Shown piece after piece: positions 12,293-20,704 of a stretch of 64,000 bases of DNA. The notes under the pieces are model-generated. The model did no database searches and was not told the DNA's origin. It saw nothing but the letters and a program-made list of their open reading frames with translations. The position numbers and the translations under genes were made by a program. The stretch comes from Capsulimonadaceae bacterium (GTDB lineage Bacteria > Armatimonadota > Armatimonadia > Armatimonadales > Capsulimonadaceae). Each line of letters begins with the position of its first letter. Position 1 is the first letter of the stretch. The DNA lies in assembly GCA_965215505.1 (NCBI GenBank), contig OZ244065.1, positions 5,728,001 to 5,792,000 of the forward strand. Direction: 5' to 3'.

Positions 12293-12305
12293 GTCGAAAG
12301 CTCCT

Positions 12306-13418
12306 TCAGACTAACAGAGAGAGGTCTTCGAATGAGAAACGGTGGGCGGCCTCGCGCGCCCAGGCGCTCTCCCGCGTGATCCCCGCCATGTCGGGCGACT
12401 CGGTGACGCGGTGCGCGTCCATCACCCGCTCCGTCAGCGTGATGATGGCCGCGAACGTGACCCTGCCCTCCAAAAAGAAGCCGACGGCGGCCTCGTTCGC
12501 GGCGTTCATCACGGCGGGCAGTGTGCCGCCGATCTGCGCCGCCCGGCGGGCCAGGCCCAGGCTCGGGAACCGGTCTTCATCGGGCGCGGCGAACGCCAGC
12601 GGGGCCGACTGCGCCCGGATGTCGAACCGAGCGATGCCTAGGTCGGCCCGGTCGGGGTAGAGCAGGGCGTACTCGATGGGGACGCGCATGTCCGGCAGAC
12701 CGAGCTGTGCCAGTGTCGAACCGTCCCGCAGCTCGACCAGAGAGTGAACAACGCTCTGCGGGTGGATCACGACCCCGACCCGCTCAATCGGGACATCAAA
12801 CAGCCAGCGTGCCTCGATCATCTCTAATGCCTTGTTCATCAGGGTCGCGCTGTCAATCGTGATCTTGCGGCCCATGCTCGGCCATGTCGGGTGGTGCAGG
12901 GCTTCCTCCACGGTCGCCCGTGCTATCCGCTCCTTCGTCCACTCGCGGAACGGCCCGCCCGAGGCGGTCAGCCACAGCCGCTCGACGTGTTCCGGCTTCT
13001 GCCCTTGTAAACACTGGAAAATGGCCGAATGCTCGCTGTCGATCGGCAGGATGCGCGCCCCGCTCCTTTGCGCCGCCGCCGTCACGATCTCGCCCGCCGC
13101 CACCAGCACCTCTTTGGTCGCCAGGGCGACGTCTTTGCCTGCCTCCAGAGCGGCGATGGTCGCCTCGGTCCCGACCGCGCCCGCAACGGAGACGACCACG
13201 AGGTCCGCTTGCGGCAGCGTCGCGAGCCGGACGAGGTCGGCCTCCGCACCCCATTCCAGTTCATTGACGCCAAACTGGTGCGCTTGTTCCCGCAGCAGCA
13301 TCTCGTTGCGAAAAGCAGAAAGGCCGGCGACGCGCAGGCGGTCCGGCAGGCGGCGGACGACGTCTAGAGTCTGCGTGCCGATGCTGCCCGTCGCACCCAG
13401 GATGACGACGCGCTTCAC
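12306..13418 (-). CDS. dxr: 1-deoxy-D-xylulose 5-phosphate reductoisomerase
   Basis: GATGSIGTQTL, PIDSEHSAIFQ, TASGGPF, HPTW.MGRKITIDSATLMNK, NAANE; GTG start overlaps the uppS stop. Confidence 0.97.
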   Translation of the reverse strand: MKRVVILGATGSIGTQTLDVVRRLPDRLRVAGLSAFRNEMLLREQAHQFGVNELEWGAEADLVRLATLPQADLVVVSVAGAVGTEATIAALEAGKDVALATKEVLVAAGEIVTAAAQRSGARILPIDSEHSAIFQCLQGQKPEHVERLWLTASGGPFREWTKERIARATVEEALHHPTWPSMGRKITIDSATLMNKALEMIEARWLFDVPIERVGVVIHPQSVVHSLVELRDGSTLAQLGLPDMRVPIEYALLYPDRADLGIARFDIRAQSAPLAFAAPDEDRFPSLGLARRAAQIGGTLPAVMNAANEAAVGFFLEGRVTFAAIITLTERVMDAHRVTESPDMAGITRESAWAREAAHRFSFEDLSLLV

Positions 13419-14203
13419 TGGCTCTCCACCGCACCGAACTTGCGGGTGCGCCTCTGGTACTCTTCCAGAGCGTCGGTGAAGAGCGCGGGCGTGAAGTCCG
13501 GCCACAGGGTCGGCGTCACCCACATCTCGGAGTAGGCGATGCCCCAGAGGAGGAAGTTGGAGATACGCATCTCGCCCGCCGTGCGGATCAGCAGATCGGG
13601 GTCGGGGAGGTCGGGGGCGTACATGTGGGCCGACAGCATCTTTTCCGTGACTTCGGCGGGTTCCACCTCGCCGCGCCGGACGGCCTCGGCGATCCGGCGG
13701 GCGGCGTCGGCGATCTCGGCGCGGCCCCCGTAGTTGATCGCCAGGTTGAACGTCAGGCCCGTAAAGCCCGCCGTCCGCCGCACCGCGCTGGCGAACGTCC
13801 CGCGCAGCCCGTCCGGCAGGTCTTCCAGCCGGCCCGAGACGTGGATGCGGACGTGGTTCTGGACCAGGTCTTCCACCTCGGCCTGCATGGCGGCTTCCAT
13901 CAGGTGCATGAGGCCGCCGACTTCCGCCTCGGGCCGCCGCCAGTTCTCGGTCGAGAAGCCGAAGACGGTCAGGTGCTTGACCCCCAGCTCGTCGGCGGTG
14001 GAGACGATCTCCTTCAAAGCGCGGTAGCCCTGCCAATGCCCGAAAAGGCGGTCCTGGCCTCTCGCGTTCGCCCAGCGCCCGTTGCCGTCCATGATGATGG
14101 CGACGTGCGCGGGCAGGCGTGCGGCATCAAGACGCGCCCTCAAGGCTTCTATCCCGGTGCCGCCGTCGGCGACGGGGATCTGCTCCGACAGGAAACTGTT
14201 CAT
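13415..14203 (-). CDS. uppS: Undecaprenyl diphosphate synthase (isoprenyl transferase)
   Basis: HVAIIMDGNGRWA, FSTENWRRP, NYGGR, DLLIRTAGEMRISNFLLW. Confidence 0.97.
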   Translation of the reverse strand: MNSFLSEQIPVADGGTGIEALRARLDAARLPAHVAIIMDGNGRWANARGQDRLFGHWQGYRALKEIVSTADELGVKHLTVFGFSTENWRRPEAEVGGLMHLMEAAMQAEVEDLVQNHVRIHVSGRLEDLPDGLRGTFASAVRRTAGFTGLTFNLAINYGGRAEIADAARRIAEAVRRGEVEPAEVTEKMLSAHMYAPDLPDPDLLIRTAGEMRISNFLLWGIAYSEMWVTPTLWPDFTPALFTDALEEYQRRTRKFGAVESQ

Positions 14204-14218
14204 CGGATGACCGCCCCG

Positions 14219-14779
14219 CTAGACTTCAAGCAGTTCGGCTTCCTTGGCTTTGGTGATGCGGTCTATCTCGACGATGTACCGGTCCGTGAGCTTTTGCAGG
14301 CCGTCCTGGGCGCGCTTCAGGTCGTCTTCCGACACTTCGCTCTTCTTGACCAGCGCCTTGCCCTGGTCGTTGGCGTTCTGGCGGACCTTGCGGATGGAGA
14401 CTTTGCCCTCCTCCGCCTTGCGGCCCAGCACCTTGACGAACTCTTTACGCCGCTCCTCGGTCAGAGGAGGAATGGTCAGCCGGACGGCCGCCCCGTCATT
14501 GACCGGGTTGATGTTGATGTCGGAGTTCTTGATGGCCTTCTCGACCGCGCCGACGAGGTTCCGCTCATAGGGGGCGATGAGGAGCTGGCGGCTGTCGGGG
14601 ACGCTGATGTTGGCGATCTGGTTGAGCGGCGTCGGTGCCCCGTAGTAGTCAATCGTGATGCCGTCCAGCAAGCTGGGGTTCGCCCGCCCTGTGCGGATAG
14701 TGGAAAAGTCGTGCTGGGTGGCGTCCACCGTCTTCTGCATCTTCTGCTCGGCGTCTTTGGCGAGATCGGCTAAACTCAT
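14219..14779 (-). CDS. frr: Ribosome recycling factor
   Basis: IRTGRANP, YYGAPTPL, PPLTEERRKE. Confidence 0.98.
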   Translation of the reverse strand: MSLADLAKDAEQKMQKTVDATQHDFSTIRTGRANPSLLDGITIDYYGAPTPLNQIANISVPDSRQLLIAPYERNLVGAVEKAIKNSDININPVNDGAAVRLTIPPLTEERRKEFVKVLGRKAEEGKVSIRKVRQNANDQGKALVKKSEVSEDDLKRAQDGLQKLTDRYIVEIDRITKAKEAELLEV

Positions 14780-14815
14780 GGGGTCATGCTCCTGAAATGG
14801 ATTATGGAAATGTCG

Positions 14816-15139
14816 TTACCGAGACAACGGACTGGTAGGTTCGAGCCACGTCAGGTTGAACAACGCGCCGAACTCTCCGCAGTAGGCTTGAATGAATTCG
14901 TTGGCCTCGTGCATGCACCGAGCGACTTCTTTAGGAGTGATCGCGTCGTGAAAACCAGGCGAATAATTGCTAGTGGCGATCCAAAAAGGGTGTCCATCCT
15001 CTTCTCGCCATAGCTCAACCCCCACTACAGCGCACTGTTCGGATGCCAGCCAAGAGACGACCTCTACCGCGAAAGGAGCAGTCCAAGCCAGTTCACTCCC
15101 AAAAACCCTTGCCTTTTCGCGGAGTTCACGCGGCAGCAT
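14816..15139 (-). CDS. Putative immunity protein (Imm40-like)
   Basis: Starts 5 nt after the toxin stop; GSELAW...VEVVSWL....AVVGVELW pattern recalls Imm40; lower GC. Confidence 0.6.
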   Translation of the reverse strand: MLPRELREKARVFGSELAWTAPFAVEVVSWLASEQCAVVGVELWREEDGHPFWIATSNYSPGFHDAITPKEVARCMHEANEFIQAYCGEFGALFNLTWLEPTSPLSR

Positions 15140-15143
15140 CAAA

Positions 15144-15398
15144 TCAGTACTGGAAGCCTGTTCCGCCAACATGGATGACTCTCCCGGTTGCGTCGTTGAT
15201 AACGACAGATTTGCCGCTGCCCGGATGAACAAACCGCGTCGCAGGGGCACCGCCGGCCGTCTCATCAACGGCGGGGTAAGATGCACCGTGGTCGAAGGCA
15301 TCGTGTATGTCAGCCGCCGTCCAGCCGCGCTTGATCATGGAAAGCTGGATGTGCCGATCTAGGTCCGTAAGAGCAGGCTCGGCAGATCCGTCGCGCAT
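15144..15398 (-). CDS. Colicin E5-like ribonuclease toxin domain (stand-alone)
   Basis: M.KRGWT...I..A..G..YPA.....G.PATRFVHP.SG.SVVIND.TG.VIHVGG.GF.Y matches the colicin E5-like RNase C-terminal toxin motif as recalled. Confidence 0.75.
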   Translation of the reverse strand: MRDGSAEPALTDLDRHIQLSMIKRGWTAADIHDAFDHGASYPAVDETAGGAPATRFVHPGSGKSVVINDATGRVIHVGGTGFQY

Positions 15399-15403
15399 CT
15401 TGA

Positions 15404-16162
15404 TTACGCATCTTTGGCGACGAGCGTTCCGATCTGCGCCCCCTCGGCGACGCGCTGGATGTTGCCCGGCACGTTGATGTCGAAGACGACGATGGGCAGG
15501 TTGTTTTCCATGCAGAAGGCCATCGCGGTCAGGTCCATGACTTTCAGGCGGCGGTCAATGGCGTCGGCGTAGGCGATGCGTTCGAACTTGACGGCGTCGG
15601 TGTGCTGGCGCGGGTCCTTGTCATAAACGCCGTCCGTGCCGTTCTTTGCCATCAGGATGGCCTCGGCGCGGACCTCGGAGGCGCGCAGGGCGGCGGCGGT
15701 GTCGGTCGTGAAGAAGGGGTTGCCGGTGCCGCCGGCCAGGATGACGACACGGCCCTTCTCCAGGTGCCGCAGGGCGCGGCGGTTGATGTACGGCTCGGCG
15801 ACGGTCTGAATGGGGACGGCGGTCTGGACGCGGGTGTCAACGCCCTGCTGCTCCAGCGAGTCTTGCAGGGCGAGGGCGTTGACGACCGTGCCCAGCATCC
15901 CGATGTGATCGGCAGTGACGCGCTTCATGCCCGCCTTCTCGGCGAGCTGGCCGCGCATGACGTTGCCGCCGCCGATGACGACGGCGGTCTGGACACCGCT
16001 GCGCTGCAAGCGGGCCACCTCGGCGGCGATCTTGGCGACGGCCTGATAATCAATGACCCCGTGGCTGCCGTCCCCGGCGAAGGCTTCGCCGGAGAGCTTG
16101 AGCAGCACACGGGACCACTTCATTTTGGCCGCATCCATTTGAGACGAAGGTGCGTCCGCCAT
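15404..16162 (-). CDS. pyrH: Uridylate kinase
   Basis: RVLLKLSGEA, GGGN..RG, DHIGMLGT, GTGNPFFTTDTAAALRA, VMDLTA. Confidence 0.98.
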   Translation of the reverse strand: MADAPSSQMDAAKMKWSRVLLKLSGEAFAGDGSHGVIDYQAVAKIAAEVARLQRSGVQTAVVIGGGNVMRGQLAEKAGMKRVTADHIGMLGTVVNALALQDSLEQQGVDTRVQTAVPIQTVAEPYINRRALRHLEKGRVVILAGGTGNPFFTTDTAAALRASEVRAEAILMAKNGTDGVYDKDPRQHTDAVKFERIAYADAIDRRLKVMDLTAMAFCMENNLPIVVFDINVPGNIQRVAEGAQIGTLVAKDA

Positions 16163-16165
16163 AAG

Positions 16166-17020
16166 CTAAGACGCCTCGCCGATCTCGAACCGGACGAACC
16201 GCTTGATCTCGGCCTTGCCCTTGATGAGCTGCGCGACGCTCTGCTTCGGCTCGCGGATGTAGGGCTGTTCCAGCAGGACCGCCTCCTTGTAGAAGGTGCC
16301 CACGCCGCCCTCGATGATCTTGTCCAGGATCTCGGCCGGCTTGTTCGCGTTCTTCGGGTCGGCCGCCGTGCGCGTCTTGACGATATCCCGCTCCTCGGCC
16401 AGCTTGTCGGCGGGCACGTCGCTCTTGCTGAGGAACTTCGGCTTGGCGGCGGCGATGTGCATGGCGACCTCGCGGGCCAGCCCCTTCACCTCCGGCCCCT
16501 CGCCGGTCAGCTCGACCAGGACGCCGATCTGCCCGCCCATGTGGATGTAGGCGTCCACCGTGCCGTCCTCGGTCTGGTAGGCCGCGAAGCGCTTGAAAAT
16601 GATGTTCTCACGCATCTTGGCGAAGACGTCCTGGATGCGGAGCTTGGCGGGCTGGCCACTCTCGGTGTGCGTCGCTTCCAGAAGCTCATCCACGGAGGCC
16701 GCGCTTGGGTTCTCGATGGCGTGTTTCGCCATGTCCCGGACCAAGGCGACGAACTCCTCGTTCTTGGCGACGAAGTCGGTTTCCGAGTTGATCTCGACCA
16801 GGACGCCCAGCCGGCTGTGCTCGCGGACGAGCGCCTCGACGACGCCCTGGGCGCTGGTGCGACCATCTTTGAGTTCCCGCTTCGCGTTCCGCTCGCGGAA
16901 CAGGCGAATCGCCGCGTCCATGTCACCGTCGGCCTCGGTCAGAAGCTTCTTCGCTTCCATCATCCCGGCCTGTGTCTTGTCCCGCAATTCCTTGACCATT
17001 GCGGCGGTAATCTCTGCCAT
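16166..17020 (-). CDS. tsf: Elongation factor Ts
   Basis: ITAAMVKELRDKT.AGMME, EINSETDFVAKN, MHIAA. Confidence 0.98.
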   Translation of the reverse strand: MAEITAAMVKELRDKTQAGMMEAKKLLTEADGDMDAAIRLFRERNAKRELKDGRTSAQGVVEALVREHSRLGVLVEINSETDFVAKNEEFVALVRDMAKHAIENPSAASVDELLEATHTESGQPAKLRIQDVFAKMRENIIFKRFAAYQTEDGTVDAYIHMGGQIGVLVELTGEGPEVKGLAREVAMHIAAAKPKFLSKSDVPADKLAEERDIVKTRTAADPKNANKPAEILDKIIEGGVGTFYKEAVLLEQPYIREPKQSVAQLIKGKAEIKRFVRFEIGEAS

Positions 17021-17039
17021 AGTGATTGTCCTTCATAGA

Positions 17040-17065
17040 AGGGGCGCACATGTCGGTGCGCCCCT
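17040..17065. terminator. Intergenic hairpin between rpsB and tsf (attenuator- or REP-like)
   Basis: AGGGGCGCAC-ATGTCG-GTGCGCCCCT, 10-bp stem. Confidence 0.5.
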
Positions 17066-17091
17066 CCTCGTTTGTCTCCGTCCGTTGCCCT

Positions 17092-18078
17092 CTAGTCGGT
17101 CCCCTGTGCCGTCGTCTGCCCGGTCACGGCGGCCACCTCATGGGCGACCTCGGCGGGGTCGGTCATCGCCTCGCCGCCGGGCGAAGCATTGCGGCGGGAG
17201 ATGCCGCTCGACGTGCCCTCGGCCGTCATGCCGCTCGCGCCAAGGGAGGGGTCCAGCACGCCCGCAGGCACCTGGGCACCGCCGGTGACGCGCTTCTCCA
17301 GTGCCTCCCACTGGGCGGCCACGACGGCGGCGTCCTGGTCGTCGCCCATCTTCTGGGCCTCTTCCTCGGTGCCGACGACCGCCACGTCCTGCCACTCGCC
17401 CTGCTTGATCTCGATGATCGCGTCGGCGATCTTGTTGGAGATCAGCTTGATGGCCCGGATGGCGTCATCGTTGCCGGGGATGACATAATCCACCTCATCG
17501 GGGTCGCAGTTGGTGTCCACAATGGCGATGATGGGGATGCCCAGCTTGCGGGCCTCCTGAACGGCGATCTTTTCTTTCTTCAGGTCCACGATGAAGATGG
17601 CATCGGGCATGCCGTTCATGTCCTTCATGCCGCCCAGGTAGTTCTCCAGCCGGTCGCGCTCTTCACGCAGGTCGGCGGCTTCCTTCTTGGGCAGGGACTC
17701 CAGGACGCCCTCGGCATCCAGCCGATCCAGCTCGCGCAGGCGGGCGATGCGGGTCAGGATGGTGCGGTAGTTGGTCAGCATGCCGCCGAGCCAGCGGGAA
17801 TTGACGTAGTAGGAGCGCGACCGCTTGGCGGCCTCGGCGACGGCGTCCTGCGCCTGCTTCTTGGTGCCGACGAACAGGATCTTGCCGTTGTTGGAGGCGA
17901 CCTCCTGGACGTAGGCGTAGGCCTCATCAAACAGCTTCAAGGTCTGGTGCAGGTCGATGATGTAGATGCCGTTGCGGCCGCCGTAGATGTAGCGCTTCAT
18001 CTTCGGGTTCCAGCGGCGCGTTTGGTGGCCGAAGTGGACACCCGCTTCGAGCAGGTCCTTCATGGCGAGAACTGACAA
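17092..18078 (-). CDS. rpsB: 30S ribosomal protein S2 with long acidic C-terminal extension
   Basis: [46 protein letters not shown] start. Confidence 0.98.
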   Translation of the reverse strand: MSVLAMKDLLEAGVHFGHQTRRWNPKMKRYIYGGRNGIYIIDLHQTLKLFDEAYAYVQEVASNNGKILFVGTKKQAQDAVAEAAKRSRSYYVNSRWLGGMLTNYRTILTRIARLRELDRLDAEGVLESLPKKEAADLREERDRLENYLGGMKDMNGMPDAIFIVDLKKEKIAVQEARKLGIPIIAIVDTNCDPDEVDYVIPGNDDAIRAIKLISNKIADAIIEIKQGEWQDVAVVGTEEEAQKMGDDQDAAVVAAQWEALEKRVTGGAQVPAGVLDPSLGASGMTAEGTSSGISRRNASPGGEAMTDPAEVAHEVAAVTGQTTAQGTD

Positions 18079-18201
18079 ATCGTAGCTCCTTCGTGTTGTG
18101 TGCGTCCCCGCCGTTCATCCACGGCTGCGACTCCTCGGCAAAGAGAAAGCACACGCAGACGTGTCCGGGCGGGTGAGGATTTTGGGAATTTCCGTCGGAA
18201 G

Positions 18202-18231
18202 AGTATACCATAAACGGCGGACTGGATTCAA
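18202..18231 (-). promoter_or_regulatory. rpsB-tsf promoter (extended -10)
   Basis: Minus strand TTGAAT-N18-TATACT, with TG upstream of the -10 (TGGTATACT). Confidence 0.65.
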
Positions 18232-18236
18232 CCCGC

Positions 18237-18266
18237 TTGACACGCGCGCCTTCCGCGTGACATAAT
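18237..18266 (+). promoter_or_regulatory. tRNA-Ser promoter
   Basis: TTGACA-N18-CATAAT, back-to-back with the rpsB promoter. Confidence 0.65.
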
Positions 18267-18310
18267 GGTTTCGTGGCGGCTTGAGAGGACGTGTAGGGGC
18301 AGACGTCTAA

Positions 18311-18403
18311 GGAACGGTGTCCGAGTTGGTCGAAGGAGCACGATTGGAAATCGTGTAATGGGGACCTCTCCATTCGTGGGTTCGAATCCCACCCGTTCCG
18401 CCA
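18311..18403 (+). tRNA. tRNA-Ser (GGA)
   Basis: Acceptor GGAACGG/CCGTTCC, G discriminator and encoded CCA, anticodon arm CACGA-TTGGAAA-TCGTG, long variable arm, T-loop GTTCGAATCC. Confidence 0.97.
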
Positions 18404-18456
18404 CCTAAGTCTTCCCTTCTGTCTTCTCCCAGGCCGCCCCGGCCGAGGAAGCCGCC

Positions 18457-19149
18457 ATGCCAAGTGCCGACGTCATCACGCAGCTCGCCGCCACCGCCGC
18501 CAGGCGGCTTGGTGGCAACCTGCGCCTTCTGGCCCTCTACGGCTCTGCTGCCGACCGCCCGCAGGAGGCCCACGACCTGGACTTCCTCTTGGTCGTGGAC
18601 GCCGTCGAGAACTGCGTCACGCATGCCACCCGTGACTGCCGCGAGATCTACCCTCAAGTCCAGTTCTTCGTCCTGTCCGCCGCCGAGTACGCCGTCCTGC
18701 CCGGCTTCTACCGGTTCCAGCTCGCCTTCGCCCACAAGCTGAACGGCGACCTCTCACTGCCCGTCCCGACGCGCGAGGACGCCGTGGACTCGATTACGCA
18801 CGGCTACACGGACACCCTCCGCACTTTGCGCCAGCAGTTCAAGCGGCGCGAGTGGGCGATGGCCGACGACTGGGCGCGTCAGGTCTGGTGGAATTTGAAG
18901 AGCTTCAAGTACGCGACGCTGGACGTCTGCTGGCTGCTGCGCCGGGAGCGCCCGACGGACCCCAGCCGCGCCGCCCTCATCCTAGAAGCGGAAGGGCTGT
19001 CGAAGGCGGCCCGCGCACTGACCGAGTGGCCGGAACTGGAGCCGCTCGCCCAGCGACTCAAGCGCGACCCGCTCTCCTGGGTGCTGCACTGGGAGCCGCT
19101 GATCGCCGCCGCCTACGCCGAGGTCCGGCCCTGCCTCCGCGGGAAGTAG
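18457..19149 (+). CDS. Pol-beta-like nucleotidyltransferase domain protein with helical C-terminal domain
   Basis: LALYGSAA...HDLDFLLVV (GS..DxD) motif. Confidence 0.75.
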   Translation: MPSADVITQLAATAARRLGGNLRLLALYGSAADRPQEAHDLDFLLVVDAVENCVTHATRDCREIYPQVQFFVLSAAEYAVLPGFYRFQLAFAHKLNGDLSLPVPTREDAVDSITHGYTDTLRTLRQQFKRREWAMADDWARQVWWNLKSFKYATLDVCWLLRRERPTDPSRAALILEAEGLSKAARALTEWPELEPLAQRLKRDPLSWVLHWEPLIAAAYAEVRPCLRGK

Positions 19150-19156
19150 AGCTTCC

Positions 19157-20704
19157 ATGCCCAGACGCCTCCTCTTCTCCCCGGAATCTGCGAACGCCCG
19201 CCGGGTCCGCCGGCGGCGCGTCCTCCTCCTCACCCTCGCCGTGCCGCCCTGCGCGCTGGGCTTGTTCTGCCTGCTGACCGCCTACAAGATTCAGGCCAGC
19301 AACCAGGCCGAGGAGCGCATGGCTGCCTTCCCGCCTCCCCGCGTCAACCAGCGCCTGCTCGTGTTCGCCCCGCACCCCGACGACGAGACGTTGGGCGCGG
19401 CGGGCCTGATGCGCCAGGCGCGGCTGCGGGGCGACGACGTGCGTGTCGTCATCCTCACGAACGGCGACGGGTTCCGGATCAGCGCGGCGCAGGAACTCCG
19501 CGAGGTCGTCGTCTCCCCCCAGGACTTTGTGCGCTATGCGTATCTGCGACAGGGGGAGGCCCGCACCGCCCTGGGAGTCCTGGGCATCCCCGCCGACCAC
19601 GTCCACTTCCTCGGCTACCCGGACCGCGGCCTGATGCCCATGTGGATCAGCCACTGGACGCCTGATTCCCCGGTCGCCTCCGCTTACACACTGGCTGACC
19701 ATAACCCGTACAGTGACGCGGCCACCCCAAATGGGCCGTACTGCGGGGCGGCACTCCTGGCCGACATCAAGCGTCAGATGCTGGCCGAACAGCCGACCGA
19801 CATCTATGTGACCCACCCGAGCGACGACCACCCGGACCACGCCGCCGCCAGCGTCTTCGTCCGCACCGCCCTGGAACAGCTCCGGGCGTCCGGCGTACCC
19901 TGGGCGAAGTCGGCCCGGCTGCACTACTACCTCGTCCACCGGGGCGACTGGCCCAACCCGCAGAGCCTCCACGAGGATGCCGCCCTGCTGCCGCCCAGCC
20001 AGATGGCCGCGCTGGACACGCGCTGGGCCGCCCTGCCCTTGACGAAACGCGACACGCAGAAGAAGTATGCCGCCATCAAGCGCTACCGTAGTCAGGTGAC
20101 CGCTTCCGGACGGTTCCTATTCTCCTTCGCCCGGCGCAATGAGCTGTTCGGGACGGTGGGGAACGATGAGGCCGCGCTCGGCCTGCCCCGCGTCCCCGAC
20201 GGCCGGTTCCACATGGACGGCGACGCCAAAGACTGGGCCGGGCTAACGCCGGTCGCGCTGGACCCCGCCGGGGATAGCGTCATGCGCGCCTTCCAGGCCG
20301 GTGGCGACGTCGTCCGCCTCTTCGCCTGCCGCGACAGCAAGTTCCTTTATGTCCGCCTGGACACCGCCCGCCCCATCTCCCCACAGGTCGCCTACACATT
20401 CACACTGCGCCCCATCGTGGTGGGCGCGGCCCAGCCAAACGCCCCTGTGCTGACGGTCGCCCCCGGTGCCGCCGGTCAGCGTCTGCCCCTGCCCGGCATT
20501 GCCGGCGGGACTTACGCCTGGCGCGGCACCCTGCTGGAAGCCGCCGTGCCGCTGGCAGACGTGAACCTCGCCCGCCCCCAGACTGGCGAAACGCTGTACG
20601 TCATGGCCCAGACGCGCTTCGCCGATATCGAGATAGACCGCACCGGCTTTCGCCCCATCGCCTGCGGCCCCGCGCCGCCCGCGCTCACGGCGCGGCGACC
20701 GTGA
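19157..20704 (+). CDS. PIG-L/LmbE family deacetylase, N-terminal TM anchor, C-terminal CBM9-like/Ig domain
   Basis: APHPDDE, LTNGD, R..EAR.AL, LGYPD, DDHPDH, YRSQ; C-terminal MDGDAKDW..D..FLYVRL. Confidence 0.88.
   Translation: MPRRLLFSPESANARRVRRRRVLLLTLAVPPCALGLFCLLTAYKIQASNQAEERMAAFPPPRVNQRLLVFAPHPDDETLGAAGLMRQARLRGDDVRVVILTNGDGFRISAAQELREVVVSPQDFVRYAYLRQGEARTALGVLGIPADHVHFLGYPDRGLMPMWISHWTPDSPVASAYTLADHNPYSDAATPNGPYCGAALLADIKRQMLAEQPTDIYVTHPSDDHPDHAAASVFVRTALEQLRASGVPWAKSARLHYYLVHRGDWPNPQSLHEDAALLPPSQMAALDTRWAALPLTKRDTQKKYAAIKRYRSQVTASGRFLFSFARRNELFGTVGNDEAALGLPRVPDGRFHMDGDAKDWAGLTPVALDPAGDSVMRAFQAGGDVVRLFACRDSKFLYVRLDTARPISPQVAYTFTLRPIVVGAAQPNAPVLTVAPGAAGQRLPLPGIAGGTYAWRGTLLEAAVPLADVNLARPQTGETLYVMAQTRFADIEIDRTGFRPIACGPAPPALTARRP

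Noticed and set aside
13419-14036. Long N-terminal extension of dxr in the ORF track (also proS 10797-10952, kinase 6881-7114, GH 26123-26350)
   Set aside because: These overlap the upstream genes in another frame; homology begins at the later starts used here
17092-17400. Long C-terminal tail of RpsB
   Set aside because: Low-complexity acidic extensions of S2 are common in many lineages
18311-18460. tRNA-Ser as integration site of a genomic island
   Set aside because: No integrase nearby, no duplicated tRNA 3' end noticed, and downstream genes have host-like composition
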